Below, in pieces: positions 48,374 through 62,100 of a stretch of 64,000 bases of DNA (position 1 is its first letter; the number at the start of each line of letters is the position of its first letter). Origin of the DNA: Antedon mediterranea (lineage: Eukaryota > Animalia > Echinodermata); the NCBI RefSeq assembly GCF_964355755.1, contig NC_092677.1, positions 11,244,101 through 11,308,100 on the forward strand, read 5' to 3'. Under the pieces are notes generated by a model. The model was not told where the DNA came from and did not search any database. It worked only from the letters and a program-made list of their open reading frames with translations. A program made the translations under genes and the position numbers.

Positions 48374-50491
48374 GGAATCTAGTGAGAAATGACGTCCCCA
48401 CATGTGCACAATAAAATAACATGATAATAATACTAGTTTAAAGTCGTCTAATTCTGGTTTTAAGAGAGTTGATATTGATTATGATTACATTGATCATGAT
48501 GCTTTTGATTTCAAGATTATTATGATCATATTAATTATGATTCATATAATAAATAATGGTGTTGATTGTATTTATTATGTGGATGGGAACATATTATCAA
48601 TCAATCAAAGTAACATTTATTTCTCTTATAATTTAATAGTAAATAGAAATTAACAGTAAATATGATTAAAATAAGAAGGGCAAAATTCCAAGAAAGCGAA
48701 ACTTGTATAAGGCAGCACATAAAACTGAAAAAGAAAACCGGACAACACAGGGTTGTTGATTGTTTGACTACTACGTGCACCAAATTTAGATCCTTTGTTT
48801 TGTGTTATATGGTTGTTAAACTGTATATTAATATGAAGGATATAATAAGTCTAGATTACAGCAACTCCTAATTTGTTAATCTAAATATACATTGTAATTC
48901 CAAAGGATATTAACTTTTATAACCCCACATGATTTCACTATATGATACAGAACACTGTAAGTAAGGTCTATGTGATTTAACAGAGCATCGAATATTATCA
49001 ATATTAAAATAATTCATTGCATAAATTTGCTACCACTATTCACTTGTTGCAGGTAGTCGACGACGTTGGATACAATAATAATTTAAATTACTAGTACTAA
49101 TACACTTATAAGCTAGGACCATCCTTTTATTAATGATTTAGGGACCATGTTCTATTTCAACTAGAAATTTACATTTTAATTTAGGATATTGAGCAATATT
49201 AAATTGGTAACATAGGTTTGAGGAATCGGTAATTGGTTAATGGTTTCAATTCTGAAAGCTGTTTATTCGAACGATTACAAATTTTGATTGTTTCAAATCC
49301 CATTATATGTGATTATTTTCTTTTATAAAGAGTATCTTTTGTGTAAATTTGTTTTATGATCAATGTGAAAAAAAGATAGAAAACCAAGGGTACAGCAATG
49401 GTAAATCCTTTAAAGAAAAAAAAATTCTTGATGAGGAAACTAAATTAAAAATATTTAATAGTTTGAGGGGAAAATGTTTAAGGGAAAATATGTTTGAAGG
49501 AAAAAATATTTGAGGAAAAACTGTTTGTTTGCAGGCACCGTTTTTATTTTAATGGGCTACTACCATTAAATGTTTTTCAGTATCTTGGCAGATGATATTT
49601 ATTTATTATTGTAATACATAATTATTGTACATGTGTTGAGGCCATGCTAAACATAAAGGTATATTTTACATTGTGTGTGAATTATTAGTTGTATTATCGT
49701 TTAGTTTGGTTACTAAAAAAAATAATGTTATGCGAGTGCCTTTTGGCCTATTTAATGGGCAAATATTAAAATGCAGTATTTTGGCTTATTTATAACTTGG
49801 TTTAGATTATTGAACAGTTAATATTATAATACTATGTAATAGTGTGATTTGTTTTTGAACAACTCGCATGCACCTAATATTTGGTGCACTGAACCATGAA
49901 ATGCAATTTAGGGTTCTGACATTTTTAACATGGTATGTTTAGGCAAAATAATAAAAATGTGTTAGTTTCAAGTCCGGTTTTTAAATTATTTTTTGGATAA
50001 GGGCTTTATTATTAATATTCATGATTGTGTGATGTACTAATATATGAGAATGATTCAAAAGTCCAGTTACACACTTCAGAATGCTTGAAAACCGCAATCA
50101 TGCAATTTTTATAGATAATTGATTTATTATTTACAAATTTTTAATGAAAGGAAGTGAAATTAACATTTTTTTTATTTCGCCTTGATTATTGGTTGAAATA
50201 TTTAGTTATTATGCAGATGTATGTTGGTTTTTAAAAAAAAATATATTTTTATTAGTTCAATGAAATAAGTTTATGCCGAAGGTTTGCTGTACAAAGAGTG
50301 TGATATTATTCCATATTAGGATATTTTTTTATTTTGCTATGATGTATACATTTTTAATCCTCTATGGCCACCGCGGCTGGTAGAACAGTGACACATTTTG
50401 ATTTAACAGTAGTTTCTAGACTCCAACAACTTAGACCCTTGTTGAAAACCATCATGTTTTTTTCCTATGTGACATCTCAATAGTCTCTTAA

Positions 50492-50810
50492 AGATGTATT
50501 GTCCCCCAAAAACATGAAAAATGAAGATTAATTAAATAAGATTTTGAATAGGCTATTTTGTAGTTTTAATAAAGTTAATCACTTCTGTTTTCACTTATAA
50601 AATGACAAAATAAATGGTTAAATTCAACCAAAAATCTATTGGCTGGCAGCCAATTTTACTATTTTTTGCTTTAATTTACAGTTTTTTCAGTTAAATACTT
50701 TTTTTTATCATCTAATTTTTGGTCGAAGTGGATAATTATTATATGATATTAAAATGGCTTATTCAACAAACAAATTTAAATAATTATTTTTTCAGGGGGA
50801 CAATACATCT
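50492..50810. mobile_element. TTAA-flanked Kolobok-like MITE (reverse-orientation relative of 10511-10851)
   Basis: TTAA/AGATGTATTGTCCCCC...GGGGGACAATACATCT/TTAA. The interior aaatctattggctggcagccaat matches the reverse complement of 10675-10700. Confidence 0.82.
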
Positions 50811-51816
50811 TTAACGAAAAAGGGATTTTAATTTTAAAATTCTAGTTTTGTAGTGGCCAATAAGTTGCTTATATTGCTGGAATTGAGCAAAGTGACCACA
50901 TATATAAGGTTCAACTCCCTTTTTAATACTTCACTGGTTTTACAGTATTGTTGGTAAAATTTAAACAATATAGACATATTGCTAATATTAAAATTCCTAT
51001 GCAAGTATTAAGTAAGGCCACTAAAACCTAAATATACTTCTATGTGAAAGTAAACGTGTGTTTATCTTTCGTGAAATAATTACATAATTATATTTAAATT
51101 ATGATAATGATGTCATCTATTTTAATTTCTATCCAAATCAAAGTCAGTACCCTGTGCATAGTTGTAATTGGTCGATTCTTGTCATCAAAGTATTGTACCT
51201 ATATGTTAATAGATTAAATCTTCGCCATGCTAATTACATGCACTGTGTAGTATTAATGCATTTGACAATAAGCATAAAACTGATTAGGGGAAAGACAATA
51301 AACATAATTGTATTGTCTATACAGGTGTTAATAACCAAAAAGTATCAATAGAATGTAAGGGTTTGTTAACAGTATTTACTTTAGTAGTAATTTGACCAAT
51401 CACAAGCGATGGATTATCCGAACTGTCGATTGTCATTGGTCAACTCGCTTGCGCTGCGGTTACGTCTTTGCGTTGCGTCCTCTAGTGTGAACAATGCCGT
51501 GACTTGATTTCACATAGCAGCTATAGATCCGTAATAAGGCACTGGATCTAAATTAATATTTACTTGTAATTCTTTATTTAACAGTGTATAGTTTTATTTA
51601 TTTTCAATGTATACATGCTTAAAAACGTGATATGAGTAATGTGGGTACGTGTTTATAGCATTGCTGTATAATAAACTAATTGAAATGAAACTAATAACAA
51701 TGAATTTACTGTTTATTGTTTTTGTCTTCTTAATAGAGTTGTATTTATCCCTAAGAAACATGAAAAATGAAGATTAATCAAATCATACTTTAAACAGGCA
51801 ATTTTGCAGTTATTCT

Positions 51817-52435
51817 TGCTCCAAGTATAGAGATATTATACTATCTCTATGCTCTAAGTATAGAGATATTATACTATCTCTATGCTCCAAGTATAGAGAT
51901 ATTATACTATCTCTATGCTCTAAGTATAGAGATATTATACTATCTCTATGCTCTAAGTATAGAGATATATACTATCTCTATGCTCTAAGTATAGAGATAT
52001 ATACTATCTCTATGCTCTAAGTATAGAGATATTATACTATCTCTATGCTCTAAGTATAGAGATATTATACTATCTCTATGCTCCAAGTATAGAGATATTA
52101 TACTATCTCTATGCTCTAAGTATAGAGATATTATACTATCTCTATGCTCTAAGTATAGAGATATTATAATATCTCTATGCTCCAAGTATAGAGATATTAT
52201 ACTATCTCTATGCTCGAAGTATAGAGATATTATAATATCTCTATGCTCTAAGTATAGAGATATTATACTATCTCTATGCTCCAAGTATAGAGACATTATA
52301 CTATCTCTATGCTCCAAGTATAGAGATATTATACTATCTCTATGCTCCAAGTATAGAGATATTATACTATCTCTATGCTCTAAGTATAGAGATATTATAC
52401 TATCTCTATGCTCTAAGTATAGAGATAGTATATCT
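51817..52435. repeat. 33-bp minisatellite, ~19 copies, each unit with an internal hairpin
   Basis: Unit tgctc(t/c)aagtatagagatattatactatctcta contains the inverted repeat ATAGAGATA...TATCTCTAT. Confidence 0.95.
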
Positions 52436-52610
52436 ATTTATTGTCTTTTTTTATGTTAGTTCACCACTGTTGACGTTTCGATTTTTGTCTGGAAGCTCAC
52501 GTAATATTCGTATGAAAACGCCATGTGTGCAAACAAATATTATCTTTTTACTAATATTAAGTCACAACTCCGTCTGAACCCAGACTATTAACCTACTAAC
52601 GCCGTCTTGT

Positions 52611-53718
52611 ACCCCTTTTACACTATCACCGTGACAGCGGTGTAATCCCGCAGTTGTTAGTACACCGGTGTTGTGGTTTTTATTGACTGGTGTAAATGGG
52701 AAAATCCAACCACCCCGGTGTGCTCTCCCCTGGGTGAAACGAAGCTGAATGTTTTCCGGTGTGCCTTCTCCGGTGTAGTCGAATCTACACCGGAGACACG
52801 AAATGTAAACGGTTTTTGTGGTTCAACACCGAGCTGTTAAAGGTCATTGACGTGAAAATGTAACATGTTGTCACAGAAATACAATATATTATGCAAACAA
52901 AATAGGTTTTTTTGCATAAAATACATTTTATTTGCTTAAAATAATAATTGTACGATATATTGTGCTGTTCGTTATTTTCTTTTAAAGGCACAAAAACATT
53001 TGTGATTTTTCTTTTCTGCAGAAAATATTGAAATTGTTCGTGTACATTCTACCTTACCAGAAAGCCTAAAATAATGTCATATTGGTGTAACTCTACCTGG
53101 CCGATTCTATGTAGGCCTAATTATTGAAAAAGGAAAAAAAATATATAGGCCTAATACTGACGTCTCAATGGATGAAAATGACATCTTTTTTAGGAACTGA
53201 AAACGTACCATACAATAATTAATTTTCCTTCATTGATACATTGTTATGCTAATAAAAATACATTTTTTCTTTTAAATACCTACCCTATTTTTACGCCAAC
53301 CTAACAATGTAAGGCCTATTTATTGTATGTACAGTCTACAAGGCGGAAATGCAGTGATTTTAAAAAGAAAAATAATTGTTAATGTTTAAAATAATAAATA
53401 ATAATCTTAATAAACAGCCACAAAGAAAATGTAACACTGCACTACATTCAAAATTAAATAAATTGTGTGTAAATTCGGATTATTATGCTTTGATATGAGA
53501 TTGGTCGATATGTTCCAGTGTTTAAACGTGTAAACCATAGTCAGTTAAGTTCCACGTGTGCGCTCGCAATAGTGTTTTGATTGACAGCACCGGGGTGATC
53601 GATGTAATGTAAATGGGCGCAACTCGAGTTCATCTCGCAGTTTTTTTGGCTAGTGTAAATGGAAATTGCCTCCAAGTTCAACTCGTGTTCCTCTCCCAGT
53701 CGATAGTGTAAAAAGGGT
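52611..53718. mobile_element. ~1.1-kb non-autonomous DNA transposon
   Basis: Ends accccttttacactatc and gatagtgtaaaaagggt are inverted, with subterminal gtgtaaatgg motifs near both ends and an AT-rich non-coding interior. Confidence 0.65.
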
Positions 53719-55052
53719 CTTGGAAACGACGACCATTTTGTTCTGCGTATCTCTTTTGTCGGTCAAATCCGATTGAAATGAAATAATAATTATGTACATT
53801 GTACATGTACTTCTGGTTGTGTCTTTTTTTGTATTTTTTTTTTATTCCCCCTGAAATAATACACGCTTGGGTTATTTTGGCTATCTCTCATGCGCATGTG
53901 TATCATGTTTTTGCATCATCGGTATATACTAAAGCTCTGTCTAAACTATCAAACTTGATGTGATGTGCCCATATATGGACACGATGTCATAATATCACTA
54001 CCATATTTAGGCATATCACTGCCATATTTGGGCACTTCACGCTTTTTTTGTCAAACTACTGTAGTTTGATAGTGTAGACGGAGTTTAACGATGAGTTGCG
54101 CGAATTTGAATGCCTGTCACCGCCGATGCACAGAAAACAATTCAGTTTTGTTCTTGTGAGATTAGTAGTATTTTTACTACGATGAGCTCATAAAGTTTTT
54201 AATTCCTGGTGATGACATAATGTTTACAACCAACCATTGGAGGAATGTATAGTAATACTCCATGTTGTAACAATCTAAGGAAATAATCTTGGTGAAGTGC
54301 CGGAAATGTCTCCACAAGTATTGAGACTGATTTAATTATTGACTGAAACATTGGCTCACTTGGTGAAATATACACATTTTAGGATTTCTGTAGAATGTAT
54401 ACAAGAAATTAATGTAAGTAAGTTCTTCACTGTTTCGTCACCCGTTTCTAGATGATACCGGTAATTAGGCCTATTAACTGGTTCATGGAATGTAGTACAT
54501 TACAAGCTATGTAGGCCTATAGGGCCTAAAAGATAGTTAATGAAATAGGCCTTTGTTTTAATACCATAGGCCTATACATCCATGGTGGCCCATGTTGACG
54601 TTTCGATGACGCACCATAGACGAAAACGAGTATATTTGACGTATGATAAGCCAATGATCAAAAAGAATTTACGAAGACATTGGTCAAAATTTCCATTGGT
54701 ATAGTATTAGGTCATAATTAGTAAAAACTAGTACGACCAATCACAGACAACAACGACGTCCCATGATTACGTTTAGGCCTACGTGTCTGGCATGCGTTAT
54801 AGCTTCACTGATCCTTTACCGTAAGTGTTTTCAAGATACAGTATTTAACATAATTAGGCCTGATAATGAATCAATGTTGACTTTGACCCTATTTAAACTT
54901 ATCCGATAGATCTCATTATTAAACAAATCTTGCTATGGTGTGTGAACAACAAACTGGGCGTGCGTTGATAATGTGTATACTATAGGAAATACTTCTGGTC
55001 GACGACGAATATAAGTGTTCTTTTTTATAGCACATTCTCTTGTTTCCGTAGA

Positions 55053-57039
55053 ATGTCTGAACCGGTAAGGACCACAGAGAGTTCACATAAAGGCACGGTT
55101 ACTGTCACAGAATCAAGTAGCCATGAGACGAGCCTCGGATGCGATACCATCTACCTCACGTCTGTGCAAGGCTTACTTAAATTGACCCAAATGGTAAGTA
55201 ATATGACCATACTACCATCTTTGTGATAAAACGAGGAAGTGGTTGCCGTATTGGAAATAACCAGCACCTTATTGTTACCTTTAGGAACTGTGACAACGTG
55301 TCAGATGCCAGTATTCACGACAATATAGAAACGACACATGGTCTTTCACACCTGTTTCGGCACGATTCCAGTCCGGAGCCGGCAAATCAAATCAGACGTC
55401 AGTTTTTCGTTTTCACGACGCTCCACGCGGATATGCGCCAATTGATATGCGCGTAGCCGCGTGAAAACGAATCATTGACGTTACAGTATTTGATTTACCG
55501 GACCAGAACCGTGCCGAAAAAGTTACGTGTGAAGACCCATAAACAATAGTTGATTTTCGTTCGTTATCAGAACATGACAGTAACTCATGTGGGAGAACCT
55601 GTTGAGAAGCAAATATTCTTTTATTTTTTGTGTGTGTTTTTATTCCAACATCTCATTTTCTATGCCCATATTAACAAGTTTGACAGGTCTTCAGAAAAAA
55701 CCCCATCTCTTGTAAGCTTGGTTCCCACTATTAGGACGCAACGCAAGGACGTAAGCCCAGCGACCAATCGTCACAAGCGATGGGTTATCCGAACTGTCGC
55801 TTGGATTGGTCAATTCGGTTGCGGTTTACTTGCGTCCTAATGTGAACCAAGCTTTAATATTGAATTTAATCTTTTTATTTATTATTTTGTTCCAGGCATT
55901 TTCCTTCATCGCTTTTATGTGCGTCACGTGTGCTCCTTGGTGGGAATACTCTCATACATCTGGTTATCAGTTCTTTCAATTCGTCTCTATGACTTGCCTT
56001 GTACTGACATCTATCCAGTTATTTCTTATCTGCACCAAACTTATATTCAAGATTCCGCTTCCATGGAATATCATTGTAAGTGTATACAATTTTAAATTCA
56101 GTTCTTTAATTTTAAAAGTTGTAGTGAAACTCTTTTAGCCCGACGGTGGTTACATGCCTGGGTTATACTCTCAAAAGATCCATGGTTATCCAGACCAAGT
56201 ACCCGAGTTGTAACTAACGAAAGTAATCCAGGCTGGCTACACACTCCAATAATCGTCAAATTAGACAAATTAAAGCAACTTAAACAAAATACGGCAATGC
56301 TGTATCATCTCTACTACGACAGTTCAGTATCGTTAAAAATTCGTTAAAGGCATCTGTTTTGTATCACACGAAGGGTTATGCAGTGATGCTGTATTTACCG
56401 AATATTCCTGTATGATGATCTGTAGATACAGTCGAGAACGGGTGAATAGCACGATTATAGTTTCTATCTTGTATATTCTGAGGTTCCTTTGCAGTTGGGT
56501 ACAGCAGCAATAAGGCGTAACTATAGGCTAATCAATGTGCATTGGGCCTATATAGATTATTATTCTGGTTTTTTCTCGAAGTTATGTATTATAATAGTAT
56601 TAGCTTCTAAGTATAATGCAAGTTGAATACTATTGTAATTATTATATTTCCTACAGGATGTCGTTTACCATGCATTTGCTGTAGGGTTTTATTTTTTGGC
56701 TTCATGCTTAGTTGCAGCCTGGGCCTATAATAGTTCATTGGCTGCTGGAGCGGTAAGTTAAAAAAGCACCAATGAATTTTTACAAGACGAGCGATACTAC
56801 TATGTAAAATCAACACGAAAGTGAAGTTTTACATCATTTGTTTATTTTTTTTTTAGGCATTTGGATTCTTTGCATTTGTCGCATATGCAGGGGGATTGTA
56901 TTTTGCTATAATGGATTACAGACGATCACAGCAACTAACTGAAAACCAGCCGAACACAATGTCTACGACTGTAACAACAACCACAACCGTTATAGGTTCG
57001 ACAGTAATTGAAACTCCGCCAATGCAACCGGAATACTAA
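55053..57039 (+). CDS. MARVEL-domain tetraspan protein (plasmolipin/CMTM-like). Approx. exons 55053-55193, 55896-56075, 56657-56752, 56858-57039
   Basis: YLTSVQGLLKLTQM / AFSFIAFMCV...YQFFQFVSMTC...IPLPWNII / DVVYHAFAVGFYFLAS...AAGA / AFGFFAFVAY give four TM helices with MARVEL signatures and phase 0 introns. Confidence 0.9.
55714..55853. mobile_element. Short MITE (TIR aagcttggttc). Partial relatives at ~12188-12250, 51390-51495, 57553-57640
   Basis: aagcttggttcccacta...tgtgaaccaagctt with a shared gaccaatcacaagcgatgg...ccgaactgtc core. Confidence 0.7.
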
Positions 57040-57644
57040 AATAAAACTTATTATATAAAGCTCTGTCTACACTATCAAACTTTATGTGAAAACATAATGT
57101 GTCGTGCCATGTCATATTATATATCTAAGCATATCACTACCATATTTGGGCACATCACAGCTTTTTTGTCAAACTAGTTTGATAATGTAGACAGAGCTTA
57201 TAACGACGAATTGTTAATAAGGAGTGGATAAGTAAATTGGCAATGGCAATATCTGACCAATTTTGATATTTTAACTTTTGGTCAAATGTGTTTATGTTTA
57301 CTGACAACTCGATAGGGTAAAGTGTTAGTGTTTTGCACAAAAATATTGTTCCTTGCTTTTTTCGTTATTACAGTTCATTGCATTAAGCCTATATACGTTA
57401 GTTTTGCTATTCTTTTAGGTCTACATTCAAGTGTGACCAGAATAGTCATAAATGTTAAATCTTCCCTATTATATCACTATTATATCACTATTTAATTTAT
57501 GAAATGAATGAGGTTGTGTGGACGTCATGTCGAGGTAGTAAAATAAGTAAGCCGTTGGTTCCAACTTGGACGCAACTCAGGGCTGGCTCAGAAAACTTTG
57601 GACCAATCACGACGCCGTGCGTCATCCGAACTGTCGCGCGCTGA

Positions 57645-57950
57645 GTGGGGAAGAACAAGCCTGCATGTACCGACCGTGGTCACGTAGTAGGCCTAGGCCT
57701 AATTATATCTTTGATGTAAGCACTAACAGTTTGTGGTAGAGAAGGTTATTAGAGTAAGCCTGCATGTAGGCCTACCGACCGTGTTCCCGTATTAGGCCCA
57801 GGCCTAATTATATCTTTGATTATAGGCTACAGTTTAGGCCTATAGAGAAGGTTGTTAATGTTAGAGTGGGAAGAAAAAGCTTGCAAGTACCGACCGTGGT
57901 GCCGTAGTAATTATATATATAATGTAATGTAAATATTAACAGTTTGTGAT
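57645..57950. repeat. Degenerate ~120-bp tandem triplication
   Basis: aagcctgcatgta...ccgaccgtg...cgta...taattatat...acagttt occurs three times. Confidence 0.65.
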
Positions 57951-58467
57951 ACTCCCACGCCTATTTCTATTTGTAGTAACTAGTAGGCCTAGGCCTAGTT
58001 TGAAGACAGTGATCCCGGTTTTTGCATTGTTTCCAGTCATAGGATAATAAAACATTCCGATTCATATAGTAGCCTACTCAGCGTCTTTGTAGGCCTAAAA
58101 TTGCTTATGTTGTTAATTAAGACATGACAAAAACAATTAAATTTCCAACAAACGAACAAATTGTTTTCTGTTTGAAGTAGACTTCTCGTACGTAGTAGGC
58201 CTACTTTATAGGGCCTACAAGTGAAAAGGCTGACCTAACTAAAGGGCTTCATCAGAAATTGGATATTTGGCGTTACAATAATTTATGAACCACAATTTTT
58301 TTTCTCAAACATAACTCTCATCAACTCTCTTTTGTGAACGGCAATTTGTTGGGGGATTCGATGACGGATCCGGTCATGAAATCAGCCTGCATGAAATACG
58401 ATTGTAGAGGGAAATGGATTGTAATATTTTAATTTCGCGCAATTTCATAGCTGCCGCGAATAATCTA

Positions 58468-58550
58468 TCACGTGATCGATCACCTGTCTATTTTACTTTG
58501 TCACGTGACTGACAAACGTTCAAGGCCATTTTGGTCTCGCTAGCTCGCGA
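58468..58550 (+). promoter_or_regulatory. Promoter of the ZNF507-like gene with paired E-boxes (TCACGTGA at 58468, GTCACGTGAC at 58500)
   Basis: Two palindromic bHLH-ZIP sites ~32 bp apart in a CpG-richer patch, just upstream of a non-coding exon ending CAG/GTAAGT (~58633) that can splice to the acceptor at ~59142. Confidence 0.55.
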
Positions 58551-59187
58551 CATAAATGTTCTGTGCTTTCTACCGTATTACTCGATCTAGCGTGTCTATG
58601 TGTGCTTAGTTCTTTTGTGGTTACCTTTATCAGGTAAGTGTATTTAATATAATAATTATCTAATTAATATCAAAATAAAACCGCATATCATTGTATTCTT
58701 AGTCGGTGACGACGAAATGATGGGCCGATGACGATCGTCGTCGTCGATCGTGCCTCTCGCCCTTCTAACATAAACTTGCTAGAGGCTAGCCTACTCATAG
58801 AAGAAGTCATGATGATAGTAGATGAGCCAGTAGGGACAAGCCTTCTTAGCCTGACCAGGCCTGTTGTGTTGGTGGTAGGACAGTACCGTATCTTTAGCCA
58901 CGGCGATAATTATTATAATGTAAATTTAAACTATTAGGCCTAGCCTAGGCCAACATGATGATTGGCTGGCTCTAGTCACCGATGTTTAAAGATGCACTTA
59001 CCAGGATGGAAAGTAAATAGTTAAACAATAAAGTAATTTATTAATCTTAATAATGAAATTTGTGCGCATTCGCAAATAACAATGAATTCCTCTTGTCTCA
59101 AAATCTATTTAACAAAATAACAGTATTTATTATTTCTTTCAGATCGTAACTATGATGATTACTGTATTTGATTTATAGTATTTGACG

Positions 59188-62100
59188 ATGTCATCAACAA
59201 ACAATGCCAAAGTCATTGTTAAGCCAGTTCATGAAGTGCAAGTTCGGCTGGACATAAGTGAGAATGTCGAGACCCATTCTTCAACTAAAGAAGATGAAGT
59301 CTTCTCTTCTATGCCTGTTGTTGATATTCCATTTTCGTGTGTAAAGATTGTGCCTCAGACTGAAGAATCCTGTTCACTGCCAACATCAGAACAGTTAACT
59401 CAATCAAGTCAACCTACGAGCAAACAACAATTGATATCAAACCAAGATGATGTCTTGTCTGTTGTAATTCAAAAGCTTACAGAATTAGTAGAGAGTAGCG
59501 ATAGTTCAAAAGAAGCTAACTTGTCCGGATCTAGCACGCCAAAAAGCAACGTCGAAGCCACAAATGAAACCAATTTAGAACAGACAAAAAGTAAAGGAAA
59601 ATGCAAACTATTCAAATGCCCCAACTGCCCATGCTTGTTCTCGGTTACTAAAGCACAACTTCGTCGCAAGGTTCACCCTTTATGCCCTTGCTGTGTAAAA
59701 TCGAAATCAACACAGCACCTTCATGTTGAAAAAACTGTCAATCAAACGTTAATAAAATGTGAGCTATGTAACGCCTTATTCTCATCCTACTCGGATGTTC
59801 TCTTGCATTTAGGTACTCACACTAATGTTACTATATTCAAGTGTTGTCTGTGTGATTTTGTGACAACACAACAGCAGAACATTTTAAAGCATGAATCTGT
59901 ACACTACACGCGACAAAATGAGCACAAATCATTTAAATGTGCTCAGTGTAATCTCTCGGTTTCCGACTTTGCTGAGCTTCAGACTCATTTAAAGATGCAC
60001 AACCAAAATCAAGAACTCTTGTTCAAGTGCTCAGATTGCGGATTTGCGAGTAAATGTGAAGACAGCCTGCGTAAACACATGTGGATGCACATGCAACAAC
60101 CAAACAGTAAGTACAAACAGAACCCGCACTGCGCTCTGATGGAAACGCCAGTTGCGTCATCGAAGGAAGACGTCAATCATGACATGCTTTGTAGAATTAA
60201 AGGTTCCGTATGTCCGATGCAAGATGGGTTGAACACTCAAGTATTCCTCTATAAATGTCCACTATGTTCTTATATTTGTGAGAAGTTATCAACATTAAAA
60301 TGTCATGTATGGAGACACGCAGGTGACAGAAAATGTGCCTATCCACTCATTGATGACATAGAAAGTTTAAAAGAAGCAGTAATTCCGGTGACGACAAACG
60401 TTAATGACATTAATGTACAAAAAACAGGACAGACAAAAATAGCAGTAGGATGTTGTATAGATAATAATAAGACTTGTTGTGAAAAACGTAATGACAGCAG
60501 TTGTCAATGTGAAGCCATAAGTGTTTCAAAAGAGCATTATCCAATTATTGAAAATTTAATAGATAACCCTGATAGTATTCATCAAGCCTCTACCGAAGAT
60601 ATCTCTGAACCAAATAATAATAAGACTGTGTCTGAAATTGTTAAACAAAAAGATGTGCAACTGCTTTCAGAAACGCTTCCACCTATCTCATTTGTAGAAA
60701 GTTCAACAGGAGTTCAAAATACCAGTATCAATTCCATCCAAGATATATTCTTTCACATCGATGGAAGTATTATAATACCAAATCCAGAAGAAATTGTTGT
60801 TTCACAAGCTGTTGAAATCCAAGGGAATAGTACACACCAGATTGAAATCCCTACTGACTTGGTTCCATCAGTGGTTCCGTTGGATGAAGAGAATAAATCT
60901 TCAGCAGCTGCTGACTCTGTTAGATGTAATGATGTTGCAGTGTTCAAAGAGAGGAAAGAAGAAGAAACTGTGGCGAAAATTCCAATACTGGAAACCTTGC
61001 TTAAGAACTCTGAAGAAATTTCAAAAATAATTCTCAACGAGAACGAGAATGCAGATTCAAGCTTAATTAATTCGAATAAAAGAAACACTAATGAAGAAAT
61101 TGAGCAGTTCAATGTGAGAGAAGAAATTGTACAATCAAGTCCCATACATAGTTTATCTGATGACAGTGAGAAAACTGGTATATGTGACTCACTTTTATGT
61201 GTTATAGAAACACTTGTAGAAAGCTCTACAGATGAAGAGAGTCCAAAAACAAAGAGAAAACGGAAACAAGGTGAAAATGTTGAAAATAATGTTCGAAAGA
61301 CGGCAAGAAAAGACTTCCAGTGCGAGCTTTGTTCATACAAGACAACTAGTTCAGGTTATATGCAACGGCACATGAAATACCACACTGCTAGTAAACCTAA
61401 CCAATGTCCGTTTTGTCAGTTTCAGGCTGTTGATTCCGAGCAATTGAATACGCACATGGTTACAGACTGCCAAAAAACAATTTATACTTGTGAAACGTGT
61501 TCTGCTAAATTCCATTTCAAAAGCAAGTTTATTAATCATATGCAAACACATGATAAACACCTGTTTAAATGCAAATATTGTTCCTTTGAAACAACCTCTA
61601 AAAACGAGGTTGAAAAACACAGCTCTGTGCATCAAAAGTGTGATGGAGTAGATATTGCACAACCACTGAATGATACAGATACTGAAGAATGTATTTCATT
61701 CAGTTGTAACATGTGTAACACGATTGTACAGAGTCAAGATGATTTAGAGACTCATATGAAAATTCACATGAAAACTTATAAATGTCAGTTGTGCGACTAC
61801 TCTTCGGCTACTGCAAACGGCGTTAAAAATCACATGAAGTTTCATAGCAAGGATCGACCGCATAAGTGTCCCCTGTGCAAGTTCTCCGGAGCATATCCTC
61901 AAAGTCTGCGTGCTCACATGAAAACGCACATGCAAGAGTATAACTTTTCTTTGCCTGCAACCAGTGAGGTTTTCAAGTGCAAGTTATGCGGTTATACCTG
62001 TAGTCATTTGCCGTCTCTGAAGTCTCATATGTGGAAGCATGCTAGTGACCCTCACTTTAACTACGAACGTAGCATGAGTCACATTAAGCAAGGAAATGAT

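Noticed and set aside
51985-52350. 121-aa ORF of LEHRDSIISLY repeats
   Set aside because: It is a by-product of a 33-bp minisatellite. It starts at TTG and has no splice context.
58240-58260. CTGATGAAGCCC on the minus strand as another hammerhead
   Set aside because: No stem II closure or GAAA follows. The isolated GACGTTTCG motifs at ~52472 and ~54598 likewise lack the CUGANGA partner.
60753-61935. Minus-strand ORFs overlapping the zinc-finger gene
   Set aside because: These are antisense shadows of a long coding exon with no recognisable domains.
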